Position numbers and translations under genes: made by a program | DNA from: Candidatus Omnitrophota bacterium | Lineage (GTDB): Bacteria > Omnitrophota > Gorgyraeia > Zapsychrales > JAHFFX01 | Assembly (NCBI GenBank): GCA_023247705.1 | Contig: JAHFFY010000008.1 | Coordinates: forward strand, 664 to 64,663 | Length of the DNA: 64,000 nucleotides | Direction: 5' to 3' | Shown here: piece after piece, positions 49,772 to 59,411 of the stretch | Numbering within the stretch: the first letter of the stretch is position 1 | How the letters are laid out: every line of letters starts with the position of its first letter | The notes under the pieces: generated by a model | Databases searched by the model: none | What the model was told of the DNA's origin: nothing | The model's input: the letters and a program-made list of their open reading frames with translations, nothing else

Positions 49772-51319
49772 CTAATTAATAGTAGAGTATACCAGCCCCT
49801 CACAATAACTAATTTTTAATTCCTCATCGTTCAAATTTCTTAAACTCTCAAAATCTGCTCGGTCTTTTACAAATTCAACAATTCGTTCACGGGGCGTATT
49901 TTTGTAGCTTTCATAAAAGAAATCAAACAAATCAATAAGGTCTTTTGCTTTCCGTCCTTGCCGGAGAGGAACGCCCAAAAATGTATCCGGTTGCCTGCGG
50001 TAGGCAATTAATTCTTCATCGGTCATTGGATTTGTGCAATGCACCCGTTCCCCCGTTACAGTACGATATACTCCCCATATTTTCTTTTCATGCCCCGACA
50101 CTGTGGCCGTTTCTAAAATCGCCTCTACGTTTTGACCTTCCTTATCAGGAATCAAATATTTTTGTCCAATAATTAGCCGTGGTGGCATATCTTTACCGGC
50201 AAAAGCGAATTCAGGATATTCTCCGTCAAACGTTGATGGAATTTCTTCATGCTCACATACTGATCTAACCAAATCAAACATATCAATATGTTTTTCCCGT
50301 GCCTTCAATGCTTCACGCAAACTTGTAAACTGAAAATCGAGACTGAATTCTGGAATCTTAAAGCCATGTGCAAATCCAGCCTTATGCTCAGAAATTCCCT
50401 CTAAATCATATTCAAAAGGATGATTGGTAACAAAAAGATATGCCTTCTGATCTTCTTTCCATGAAGATTCCTTCTGTTTAATCCCTGCAACAATATCCGG
50501 CATTTTTCTCAAAAAATCAGGAACGTTGATATCCACAAAAACGATTCTTTCATGTTTCGCTTGTTTAATTAAAGCATCCCCTATTTGCTTACTAATCCCT
50601 ATATTGTCTTTATGGGGCTGTCGTACTTTTGCCTCTATAGAATATTTTCTACCAGTTTTGGGAGATACCGCTGTAAATTCACAATGAGTAGTCCGGCTAT
50701 CTTCTTCGTTTTCTATCTCCAAACTAAAACCAGCTTTAATAAATTCGGTGGCAACGTATGTTTCATACTGCGCACCGCGAAAATTATTTTTATCTTTCAG
50801 TCTTCCTAATAAACGATCCTGAATCTTTACGTTATGCCCCAAAAGATACAAATTATAGGAAAGATTCATGATCGCAGAAACAGCACCAGACATCGGCGCA
50901 TCATTTATAGACCCATCAACGCTTTGATGCTGTTGCATGTATTTATGCGCTTGTTCATTCCATTGAATCAGCGGATGCCGATCTTCAAACGGCTTGGCAA
51001 ATTCTCCTTGTCCCTAATCTTTTCCAAAGACTGAGCGAATATATTCAAACAAAAAATCATGAAACGTCTTCCATTTCTGTGAATAATACATCCTGTTACC
51101 AACAGCAACCATGCGATAGCCCTTAAACTCAAGCGATATTATTGACCTGCCTAACCCTTGTTGTTTTTCTACCTGCATTTGTTTTGCTTTTTGTCGTTCA
51201 AATTGCAAACGAACATCGTCGGGAATCATATCAGATTTACCGTAACAGCATTTTTTATACTTTTTCCCACTACCGCAAGAACAGGGGTCATTTCTTCCAA
51301 CTTTTTTCATTGGTCTCAA
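49772..51319 (-). pseudogene. SEC-C motif protein with putative PD-(D/E)xK-like domain, split by one in-frame TAG
   Basis: [18 protein letters not shown]; FGKD*GQGEFAKPFEDRHPLIQW reads in frame into the 388-aa ORF; CEF......KYSIEAK. Confidence 0.75.
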
Positions 51320-51475
51320 TTCTCACTAAACGCCTGAAGAATTCCAAGAACGCATATCGAATTCACAATAATAAGTCGGGACATGTCCGATCTATTATGA
51401 TCTTCTTTCCCAATTCAACGGAAGTCCAGCCATTGCGTTAGGTCTTCTCTTCGCCCAAAAGTCTTTACCGGTCGA

Positions 51476-51880
51476 CTAAAACACCCGGGAGACTGTGGTC
51501 ATGTGTCCGGATGAATTTTCGGCCATGGCCGAAAATCTGACCTGCGCGGTTCGAATTTTCATACCGCGATCAGAACGGACACGATAACCAACAGCCAGTA
51601 TCATATCAAGATTATAAAAATCAACATTCCTAGAAACCTGTCTTGAACCCTCAGTTTGAACTATTAGGAATTTCCGAATAGTTGCCGTACCTTTAAGCTC
51701 GCCTTCATCGATAATATTCTTAATATGCTCATTAACAGTCGGCACAGAAACTTGAAATAACTCGGCTATCATTTTCTGGGTAAGCCATGCCGTTTCGTTT
51801 TCAAGACGCACTTCCAGCTTTATTTTTCCATCCTCAGTTTGATAAAGAATCATTCCTGATGTTCCGGTTGCTTCATTCAT
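51476..51880 (-). pseudogene. Truncated RhuM-family protein (N-terminal part)
   Basis: ETAWLTQK.IAELF, HIKNI..EGEL, YNLDMILAVGYRVRS.RG, then unrelated sequence. Confidence 0.75.
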
Positions 51881-51944
51881 CGATAAAACCTCCCGACATG
51901 AACCTGAAATTTATTCTAAAAAAATCTCCCGGGCAAACGAAAGA

Positions 51945-52694
51945 CTATCCTTTTTTTCCTGAGCCGGCTTTCAATTCCTTCTGGGCCGTTTCCAGCCACT
52001 GTTTATGTTCTTGACGGTAAAACGGCGGTGAGATTTTACAATTTTTAATGATGGCGGCGAATATTTTTTGGGCCTCATCCGTTCTTCCCAGACTTTTGAG
52101 AAACAGGGCGTGGCGGCAGCGGGCCTCTTCCCCGACATAAGACTGGCTCAAGGTTTCGTACTCCTTGAGAGCGGCTTCCTTCTCTCCCAATTTTTGTAAA
52201 ACCACCGCGTACAAAAGATGGTCTTCCTGGCGGCTGAATTTTTGCGGGGCGCGGTCCAGGCTCAAAAGGGTCTCTTTGGATTTAAGGTAATCCTCCTGGC
52301 AAAAAAAAGACTGGGCCATTAAACTCAACACCTCCGGGTCATCGCCATGCCAGCCGTCCCGGCACACTTTCAGCGTTTCGGTGGCCTGGGGATACTGCCG
52401 GCAATCCATATAGGCGCGGGCCAGGGCGAGACGGTTTTTTACGGAATCGCACAGGTCGAGTTCTTCTTTGAGTTGGGTGATCTTGTGGCTGGGGACCACG
52501 ACCCCCTGCACGGCGGTCGTAAGATCGTCTACAGTGCCGCGCAGGTCCGGCAAGACCTCCACGATCAAATACACCGCACAGCCCACAAAAGAAAAAACCA
52601 GGATGATCCACAGCCATTGACTCCGTCCGGTTTTGTAAGCGTGCACCGCGCAGACAATTTGTAAAAGGATGGAGATCGAGAGAGGAAGATACAT
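51945..52694 (-). CDS. Membrane-anchored TPR protein
   Basis: HAYKTGR..WLWII, AVYL.VE.LP, followed by TPR-like helices. Confidence 0.8.
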   Translation of the reverse strand: MYLPLSISILLQIVCAVHAYKTGRSQWLWIILVFSFVGCAVYLIVEVLPDLRGTVDDLTTAVQGVVVPSHKITQLKEELDLCDSVKNRLALARAYMDCRQYPQATETLKVCRDGWHGDDPEVLSLMAQSFFCQEDYLKSKETLLSLDRAPQKFSRQEDHLLYAVVLQKLGEKEAALKEYETLSQSYVGEEARCRHALFLKSLGRTDEAQKIFAAIIKNCKISPPFYRQEHKQWLETAQKELKAGSGKKG

Positions 52695-52875
52695 GATATT
52701 ATTGGGGGTAGTTCATTTTATTTTTAAAAACGGGGGTCAAGTTGATCTTCTAAACAATACGAAACTTTTGTCACGTTACCACACTTCCCCGGTCCAGTCA
52801 AGAAACCGTCAACTTCTATTGGAAAAACCTCCTCAACACCCGGTGTTGAGGAGGTCCATCTGCCCAAATGATCTG

Positions 52876-52903
52876 TTGACTTTTAAACATTTTTGGCTAT
52901 AAT
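52876..52903 (+). promoter_or_regulatory. Sigma70 promoter for the tRNA
   Basis: TTGACT, 16-nt spacer, TATAAT. Confidence 0.65.
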
Positions 52904-52978
52904 TTCTTCATTCCTCATCAGCAAATTTTATCCCACTCCATAACAATAATGGGATGTGATCTTTAGATAAAAACTTAT

Positions 52979-53051
52979 TCCCCTGTAGCTCAGTCGGTAG
53001 AGCGGTTGGCTGTTAACCAATAGGTCCGAGGTTCGAGCCCTCGCGGGGGAG
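52979..53051 (+). tRNA. trnN: tRNA-Asn (GTT), CCA not encoded
   Basis: TCCCCTG/CGGGGGA acceptor, GCTC/GAGC D stem, GTTGG-CTGTTAA-CCAAT anticodon arm, CGAGG-TTCGAGC-CCTCG T arm. Confidence 0.97.
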
Positions 53052-53065
53052 TTTTTCAGGACACA

Positions 53066-53102
53066 AAAGCCCTTCGGCTATATCGTTGAAGGGCTTTCTT
53101 TC
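53066..53102 (+). terminator. Rho-independent terminator after the tRNA
   Basis: AAAGCCCTTC...GAAGGGCTTT followed by CTTT. Confidence 0.75.
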
Positions 53103-53220
53103 TGTTGGGTAAAAGAGTCACGTCATTTATGAGCTTACCCCCATTAAGCAAGTGACATCGGTTAAACAAAGCGCGGCCGAGTACCATAGGTTAATTGTAC
53201 GAATCGGAGGTAAAGTGAAC

Positions 53221-54129
53221 ATGTCGCTGAAAGCTATTATTAAAAAAATGATGCATAGTCCGACACTCAACCCATTTATTAGAGGGGGTATAAAGTTATT
53301 TCGTTCAGAGAAACTAAATGATTTTTTGATGTACCGAGTGCCCATTTTGGGGAAGTTCTCATTAAAAGTGACGAATAGCAAAAAATTGATTCTTAAATCC
53401 AGCGGGAATGACGCCATAGCTATAAAGCTCTATTGGAAAGGAATGGACGGGTTTGAACCAGAGACATTTCCTCTTTTTCGAAGCCTTTTGAAGCATTCAA
53501 AAACTTTTTTTGATATCGGGGCAAATATCGGAATTTATTCGTTGGTCGCAGCCGTTGAAAACCCTCAAATACAAGTCCATGCCTTTGAACCATCCCCCTT
53601 GCCGTTAAAAAGCTTTAAGGAAAATCTGAATCTGAATAATCTAAAAAATATAAAGATCCACTCGACCGCAATTACGAATTATGACGGAGAAATAAAACTA
53701 TTTATCCCAGCCTCACGCAGTATCCCGACATCTTCCTCAACTCGTCATGGTTTTAGAGAAAATTGCAAGGAAATTACTGTCCCGGCCGGAAAATTAGACT
53801 CTTTTGTTGAGAATAATAATATTGGGAATCTGGATTTAATTAAAATTGATACGGAAGGAACCGAGCATCTTGTTTTTGGGGGAGCAAGTAATGTTCTGGC
53901 GAACCATAGACCAATTATAATTTGTGAGGTCTTGAAGGGCCTAACGGAAACCCCGCTTCAAGCTGTTTTCGATAAGAATGAATACCGCTCTGTTTGGATT
54001 TCCGGTGAAGGATTAATTGAGAAAAGCATTGAAGGTGATCCCTTCTATGAATTTAATAATTTTTTGTTTATTCCAAAAGAAAGATTTAATTTTTTCAAGA
54101 ATATCAATCGCATGACAAATTATTCATGA
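53221..54129 (+). CDS. FkbM-family methyltransferase
   Basis: RBS GGAGG; FDIGANIG.YS, AFEP, LIKIDTEG.E; AT-rich. Confidence 0.92.
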   Translation: MSLKAIIKKMMHSPTLNPFIRGGIKLFRSEKLNDFLMYRVPILGKFSLKVTNSKKLILKSSGNDAIAIKLYWKGMDGFEPETFPLFRSLLKHSKTFFDIGANIGIYSLVAAVENPQIQVHAFEPSPLPLKSFKENLNLNNLKNIKIHSTAITNYDGEIKLFIPASRSIPTSSSTRHGFRENCKEITVPAGKLDSFVENNNIGNLDLIKIDTEGTEHLVFGGASNVLANHRPIIICEVLKGLTETPLQAVFDKNEYRSVWISGEGLIEKSIEGDPFYEFNNFLFIPKERFNFFKNINRMTNYS

Positions 54130-54375
54130 TCAAGACGTCATCACGAAAACTTAAATAAAGCCAGTTGCAAAACTCGTCCACAATATCCAATTATTGCATG
54201 GGTTTCACTTGCGATGGACTGATCCAGATATTGATCTACATCTCGGCTCACTTAAAAATATCGAAAAATACTGTTTAGTTTACGTCTAACACTTGTCAGT
54301 TTTGTTCAAAAAAGACATCCTGATTAAAGCGGCATGCCTTTTTTAATTGATCGGCTTCGAAACGAAAACTCTTTC

Positions 54376-54975
54376 CTACTCAATCGGCCGGCGCGAGGCG
54401 AGTGACATGCTGAGAGTGGACATGTCCGCGTACTCCAGCGAACTGCCAACCGGAATGCCCAGCCCAATGCGGCTGACTTTGACCCCTGAGAGTTTCAGCT
54501 CGCGGGTCAGGTACAGGGCAGTGGTTTCTCCTTCGGTGTCGGGGTCGGTGGCGATGACGATTTCCTTGATCTGGTCGCCGTTCACCCGCTTCATCAAATG
54601 CTGGATCTTCAGGTCATCCGGCCCTTTTCCGTCCGCCGGGGAAATCACTCCCAAGAGCACATGATAAACGCCGTGATACGTCCCGGTGCGCTCAATTGCC
54701 AGAACATCCTTGGGATCTTCGACGACACAAATTGTGGTTTGATCCCGTGTCTGGTCGGTGCACACCAGACACGCCTCGGTCTCACTTAAATTATTGCAGG
54801 TCCGACAAAACATCAACCCTTCCCTCACCCGCACGATCGCCTGCGCGATTGCGCCGGCCTCTTCTTTGGGATTGTTCAAAAACCAAAATACCATACGCTC
54901 AGCACTCCTGCGCCCGACGCCGGGAAGCTTGACTAATTGTTCGATTAAATTTTCGATGATTTTAGGATAGCTCAT
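54376..54975 (-). CDS. recR: Recombination protein RecR
   Basis: LPGVG.RSAER, C4 zinc finger, ICVVE, YHVL.G.ISP, EGETTA.Y. Confidence 0.97.
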   Translation of the reverse strand: MSYPKIIENLIEQLVKLPGVGRRSAERMVFWFLNNPKEEAGAIAQAIVRVREGLMFCRTCNNLSETEACLVCTDQTRDQTTICVVEDPKDVLAIERTGTYHGVYHVLLGVISPADGKGPDDLKIQHLMKRVNGDQIKEIVIATDPDTEGETTALYLTRELKLSGVKVSRIGLGIPVGSSLEYADMSTLSMSLASRRPIE

Positions 54976-55130
54976 AACTCAGAACATAACCGTCCCTCTT
55001 AGCGAAAAAAAATATTTAAAAAAATTTCGTCATGGCAAACCATCCTCACTTCATCGTTCGGGTGAATCTATTCCATAATATTTTGTTCTATCATTTCCAT
55101 TTATAGGAAATGTCGGACAAATTTCGTTCG

Positions 55131-55180
55131 TCAGAGATTGCTTCGTCCTCAAGATCAAACAACGATGGCCGCAATGACAA
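55131..55180 (-). repeat. GTCATTGCG...GACGAAGCAATC-type repeat, copy A
   Basis: Reverse complement GTCATTGCGGCCATCGTTG...TGAGGACGAAGCAATC matches 57006-57053. Confidence 0.65.
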
Positions 55181-55182
55181 AT

Positions 55183-56871
55183 TTATTCATTATGCCATTT
55201 ATTGACAATCTTCCCTTTAAATGTCTCCAGCGCACTCTTGACGATGGGCCCGTGCTCCTGTCCCGGCGGCGCTGCGGCCGCTGCCCCAGCGAGGAATTTC
55301 ATCTGAACGCTGATGCGCGTTTTTAATTTTTCATAAAAAACCCTCTCAATCAAACGCAACGTCGCTGTTTCTTCCAATGATTCCTTCTGAAACACCGCGT
55401 CTTTGGGAAAACCGACGGTCAGGGTTGTTCCATTGAATTGAACCGGAGAACCTTCCTGCAGATAGGTCGCAACCGACATCGTTTCCCGGCTGACCGCGTG
55501 GGTCAGCGCGCTCCATCCGCGCTTGATGCGCTCCAAATCCAGCGGCTCGCCAGGCTCTTGTTCTAATAAAATCTCCTGGCCCGCGGAAGGTTCGGGGCGG
55601 TACGTTGATTCCAGGGCCAGGTCGACCTCGCCTTTTTCATTGCGGATCATGCTTGGTTGAGCGCCGATGGGTTTCGGCGCGGGGGTCAGCGGGGCTTTCG
55701 TCACGGGTGCTTGCGGCCAGGACGCCGCGGAGGTCTGCGCGGACTTCGGCGCGGCAGTTTCCGTCCCAACGCCCTTTTTTTGCGACGTGTACGTCAGTTT
55801 GGCAAACGCGATCTCAAGCGGCATCCGCAGCGATTCCATGACCCGGGCCATGTCCTGCGCTTCGATCAGCATCGCGATCGCGTTTAAAATTTCGCTTAAT
55901 GAAAATTTTTCCGACTGAGTCAGGAGCGCTTCTTTGGTGCTGATCGGATAATCAACGAGTTTGCCGAGTGTCTTCCCACCGACTTTCATCACCATCAAAT
56001 GCCTGAAATGTTCGGTCACATCCCGGCTCAACTGTTTGACGTCTTTGCCCTGATCAATGATTTTTTCAAACACCGTCAACGCCGCCGCGCAATCCTTGCG
56101 GGCCAGGCAGTCCACCAACTCAAACAACCATTCCGTTTCAACCAATCCCAGCATCGAAAAGACATCTTTCGCCTCAATCGACCGTTCGCTCAAAGCGCTC
56201 ATCTGATCGAGAATGCTCAGCGCGTCGCGGAAACTTCCCTGGGCCGCCTTCGCGATCGCGAACAAGGCGTCCTGTTCGATCTGAACGCTTTCGCGTTTGG
56301 CCAGATCATCGAGCAGCTTGACGATCGTGGGGATCGCCACCCGTTTGAAATCGAAACGCTGGCAGCGGGAGATGATCGTCGATGGAACTTTGTTGGGAGA
56401 GGTCGTGGCAAAAATAAATTTGGCGTGCTCGGGCGGCTCTTCCAAAGTTTTCAGTAACGCGTTGAAGGCCTCCATGGTCAGCATGTGAACTTCATCAACG
56501 ATATAAATTTTATAACGACCGTAACTGGGCGCGAACTTGACGTTCTCGCGCAAGGTACGGATCTCATCGATGCCGCGGTTGGACGCGCCGTCGATCTCGA
56601 TCACATCGAAACTGTTCGCCTGGGTAATCTCGCGGCAGGACGGGCACTGGTTGCAGGGTTCCAAAGTCGGCCCCTCCTGGCAATTCAAGGATTTGGCAAA
56701 AATCCTGGCGCAGGATGTTTTACCAACGCCGCGCGGCCCGCAAAACAAATACGCATGCGCGATCCGGTTGGAGGTGATCGCGCTGCCCAAAATTTCGGTG
56801 ATATGTTCCTGTCCGATGACATCGGCGAATTTTTGCGGACGGTATTTTCGGGCTAAGACGATATAGGACAT
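55183..56871 (-). CDS. dnaX: DNA polymerase III subunits gamma/tau
   Basis: LARKYRP, GPRGVGKT, EIDGASNRG, DEVHML, NALLKTLEEPP, SRCQRF. Confidence 0.98.
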   Translation of the reverse strand: MSYIVLARKYRPQKFADVIGQEHITEILGSAITSNRIAHAYLFCGPRGVGKTSCARIFAKSLNCQEGPTLEPCNQCPSCREITQANSFDVIEIDGASNRGIDEIRTLRENVKFAPSYGRYKIYIVDEVHMLTMEAFNALLKTLEEPPEHAKFIFATTSPNKVPSTIISRCQRFDFKRVAIPTIVKLLDDLAKRESVQIEQDALFAIAKAAQGSFRDALSILDQMSALSERSIEAKDVFSMLGLVETEWLFELVDCLARKDCAAALTVFEKIIDQGKDVKQLSRDVTEHFRHLMVMKVGGKTLGKLVDYPISTKEALLTQSEKFSLSEILNAIAMLIEAQDMARVMESLRMPLEIAFAKLTYTSQKKGVGTETAAPKSAQTSAASWPQAPVTKAPLTPAPKPIGAQPSMIRNEKGEVDLALESTYRPEPSAGQEILLEQEPGEPLDLERIKRGWSALTHAVSRETMSVATYLQEGSPVQFNGTTLTVGFPKDAVFQKESLEETATLRLIERVFYEKLKTRISVQMKFLAGAAAAAPPGQEHGPIVKSALETFKGKIVNKWHNE

Positions 56872-57005
56872 AATTTTAGTTTAAGAATAGTCTTGAGTTC
56901 TCAACAGAAGATATTCTAACATAGCAATGGGGTTTTGAGCGGAGAAAAAAATAATAGTACGATTATTCAAACCCGGATTTCAGAATTCGAAAACCCTCCC
57001 CCCTT

Positions 57006-57053
57006 CGTCATTACGAGTCATCGTTGATGAAGTGTGAGGACGAAGCAATGACG
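57006..57053 (+). repeat. GTCATT...GACGAAGCAAT-type repeat, copy B
   Basis: CGTCATTACGAGTCATCGTTG...TGAGGACGAAGCAATGACG. Confidence 0.65.
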
Positions 57054-57107
57054 CGGGGCAGACGGATTTCGGACTTCGGATTTTATATTCAAATCTACCA
57101 CCCCTTC

Positions 57108-57404
57108 TCACAAAAACTGTATCTGCGAATCGCTGATCTCCACATCCGGACACGACGCGACGAGCTCCGTAATGCTTTGCAGACACGCATCGATATGCCG
57201 GTTATCATCCCCGATCATCACGATCCCCAGTGTGGCCAGCTGCCATTTGTCTTTTTCATCCAGTTCGCTCAAAGAAACATTAAACCGTTTGCGGATGCGG
57301 TCTTTAATGCTGCGCAGGACCATCCGTTTGTCCTTGAGCGATTGCGCCGATGGAATACGCAAGACGAGATATAAAACGGCGATATGGACTGTGAAGTCTT
57401 TCAT
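57108..57404 (-). CDS. DUF503 (YlxP) protein
   Basis: SLKDKR.V..SIK.RI..RFNVS.SE....D.WQ.A.LG. Confidence 0.9.
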   Translation of the reverse strand: MKDFTVHIAVLYLVLRIPSAQSLKDKRMVLRSIKDRIRKRFNVSLSELDEKDKWQLATLGIVMIGDDNRHIDACLQSITELVASCPDVEISDSQIQFL

Positions 57405-57407
57405 TGT

Positions 57408-57504
57408 TTATTGAGCTTTTCCTTTCCAACTCTAAATCTCTCGCTGGCGATACCGACATGGACGAAAGATTTAGAGTTTCGTTGAGTAGAAAGAAGCTTA
57501 CTAA
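57408..57504. repeat. 97-bp palindromic element, copy 3
   Basis: Close match to 12135-12231, including the shared core ACTCTAAATCTCTCGCTGGCGATACCGAC. Confidence 0.85.
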
Positions 57505-58418
57505 GATTTAAAATAGGTTGCCAATGTCTTTGCCAAATCAGGATACACAAAACGATAATCGCTTTGTTTTAACCGCGCGGGAATGACCGCGGCGCTGTCT
57601 AAAAGAAGCTTTTGGCCCATTTCACCGAACAGGATCTTCACTCCGATCGCGGGAACTGGAAATACCGTCGGGCGGCGCAATACCCGTCCTAGAACCGCGG
57701 TGAATTCTTTGTTTGAAACCGGCTGCGGCGCCACCACATTGACCGGCCCGCGCAACGATTCTTCTTTGATGCAATGCACAATGACATTCGGGATTTCATC
57801 GATCGCCACCCAGCTCATCATCTGCTGACCCGACCCCAAACAACCGCCCAATCCCAATCGAAAAATCGGCAGCATCTTGGCCATCGCGCCGCCTCGTGGA
57901 CTGATAATCATTCCCATCCGCATATGAATAACCCTAATGCCTTTTCTAAGCGCCGGTTCAGCAGCCCCTTCCCAGTCGCGGCAGACTTTCGCCAGAAATC
58001 CTTCACCGGCGGGCTTGGCCTCATCCAACCGTTCGTCAACAGGACGGTTGCCGTAAAACCCGACCGCCGACGCGCAGACTAACACCATTGGAGATTGCTT
58101 GAGGCGATTAAGTGTCTCGCACAACAATTGTGTTCCCGCGACACGGCTATCATAAATTTCTTTTTTATACGCGCTTGACCAGCGTTTCGCCGCGATATTC
58201 GCGCCGGCCAGATGGATCACGACCTCATGGCCTTCCAGACCGTTCGTGTCGATTGTTCCCTTCTTGATATTCCAGAAAACACAATCCGCGGCCTTTACAT
58301 TCGCCGAAGATCCCTCGTGCACCACACGGGTCACCCGGTGGCCTTCGCTTTGAAAAAAATTGATCAGCGTTGCCCCGACCATTCCGCTCGCGCCCGTGAC
58401 CGCGATCCGCAAGGACAT
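57501..58418 (-). CDS. TIGR01777-family NAD-dependent epimerase (YfcH-like)
   Basis: TGASGMVG, HLAGANI...RW, SAVGFYG, GFLA.VC.DWE, GPVN..AP.PV.N. Confidence 0.93.
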   Translation of the reverse strand: MSLRIAVTGASGMVGATLINFFQSEGHRVTRVVHEGSSANVKAADCVFWNIKKGTIDTNGLEGHEVVIHLAGANIAAKRWSSAYKKEIYDSRVAGTQLLCETLNRLKQSPMVLVCASAVGFYGNRPVDERLDEAKPAGEGFLAKVCRDWEGAAEPALRKGIRVIHMRMGMIISPRGGAMAKMLPIFRLGLGGCLGSGQQMMSWVAIDEIPNVIVHCIKEESLRGPVNVVAPQPVSNKEFTAVLGRVLRRPTVFPVPAIGVKILFGEMGQKLLLDSAAVIPARLKQSDYRFVYPDLAKTLATYFKS

Positions 58419-58420
58419 CT

Positions 58421-59317
58421 TTATCTCCCTTTTAAACCAAAAACGTTACGCCACCCCAAGGCGAAAAATTCATGAACCCCGCGCAAAAACTTTTCATCCA
58501 TAAAGACCACATAAAAACTTAAAATCACCAACGAAAAATAAATCAGCTGGTGCATCGTGAAGGCGACGAGCAATTGAAAGCCCAATCCCCACCAAAACGC
58601 GACCTTGCGGAAGGATTTGATCCCGAAACTAAGCGGCGCCATTAATTCAAACACCAAGGCGCTGCACTGCATGATGGGCCAGCTCCACAACGGAAATACC
58701 CGCACCATCCACGCGCCGAAGTCCGTCAGATAAGTCCCCTGGATCTGCGACCACAAAACATATCCGGATTTAAGCCACTCCCCGTAAACCGCCTTGCTCC
58801 ACCCGGCGGAAAAATAACAGATGATGATCGTCAACTGTAAAATCCTCACCGGCCAGGCGGATTGATATTGGTCGTTGACGTTTCGTTTTCCGATCGTCCA
58901 GTAATAACCGTTGGGCACAAGGGCCAGGATCAGCAACGAAACAATCGAAAGTTTATTGATCACAAACGCCGAAACCTGGTCGGCCAGGGTCACGTACAAA
59001 AAACATCCCCACACGATCCACAACATCAAACGCAACTGCCAGCCCACGATCACCGCGGCCATGGCCGCGAAAAAGACCGCGCCGAACAAAAACAAAAACC
59101 GCATCGGCAACAGTGAAACAGCGAAGGTGTGATACGGCAAATTCCCCGGCGCGATATGAAACCCCACCTGGGTCAACCACTCCGGCGCGTACATCCAGCG
59201 CGCCTGGACATACAGCACAACGCAGATCATTGAGACCACGCGAAACGTATCAAAACGGATTCGGTCGATGGGGGCGAACCAAAAATTGAGAAAGTTATTC
59301 CAAAAAAATTTTTGCAT
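58421..59317 (-). CDS. HTTM-domain membrane protein
   Basis: WP.RILQL....CYF.AG.SK....W..G, FEL..P, G..F. ATG 59317 preferred; the track N-terminus is a translated repeat. Confidence 0.8.
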   Translation of the reverse strand: MQKFFWNNFLNFWFAPIDRIRFDTFRVVSMICVVLYVQARWMYAPEWLTQVGFHIAPGNLPYHTFAVSLLPMRFLFLFGAVFFAAMAAVIVGWQLRLMLWIVWGCFLYVTLADQVSAFVINKLSIVSLLILALVPNGYYWTIGKRNVNDQYQSAWPVRILQLTIIICYFSAGWSKAVYGEWLKSGYVLWSQIQGTYLTDFGAWMVRVFPLWSWPIMQCSALVFELMAPLSFGIKSFRKVAFWWGLGFQLLVAFTMHQLIYFSLVILSFYVVFMDEKFLRGVHEFFALGWRNVFGLKGR

Positions 59318-59329
59318 ATTTATGAAATC

Positions 59330-59411
59330 AGTTTGCGAGTTGTCGAGTTCTACGCGTTGGATTTGCTTGAAAAACTCGTTAAACTCGCAAACCCCGTTAA
59401 CTCGACAACTC
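59330..59411. repeat. Short-period GAGTT/AACTC inverted tandem repeat (same family as 13964-14080)
   Basis: AGTTTGCGAGTTGTCGAGTT...AACTCGTTAAACTCGCAAACCCCGTTAACTCGACAACTC. Confidence 0.7.

Noticed and set aside
20549-51016. TAG recoding (pyrrolysine or alternative genetic code) suggested by three in-frame TAGs
   Set aside because: TAG is the normal stop of atpA, atpG, recR and crcB here. Two of the affected genes also carry frameshifts or TGA, and no pyl genes are visible.
53126-53146. Possible extra arm of the 97-bp element (TTTATGAGCTTACCCCATTAA)
   Set aside because: Match is short and gapped, and the other terminus is missing.
56872-57107. SRP RNA (ffs) upstream of dnaX
   Set aside because: No SRP domain IV motif (CAGG..GGAA..AGCAG); the structure present is explained by repeats.
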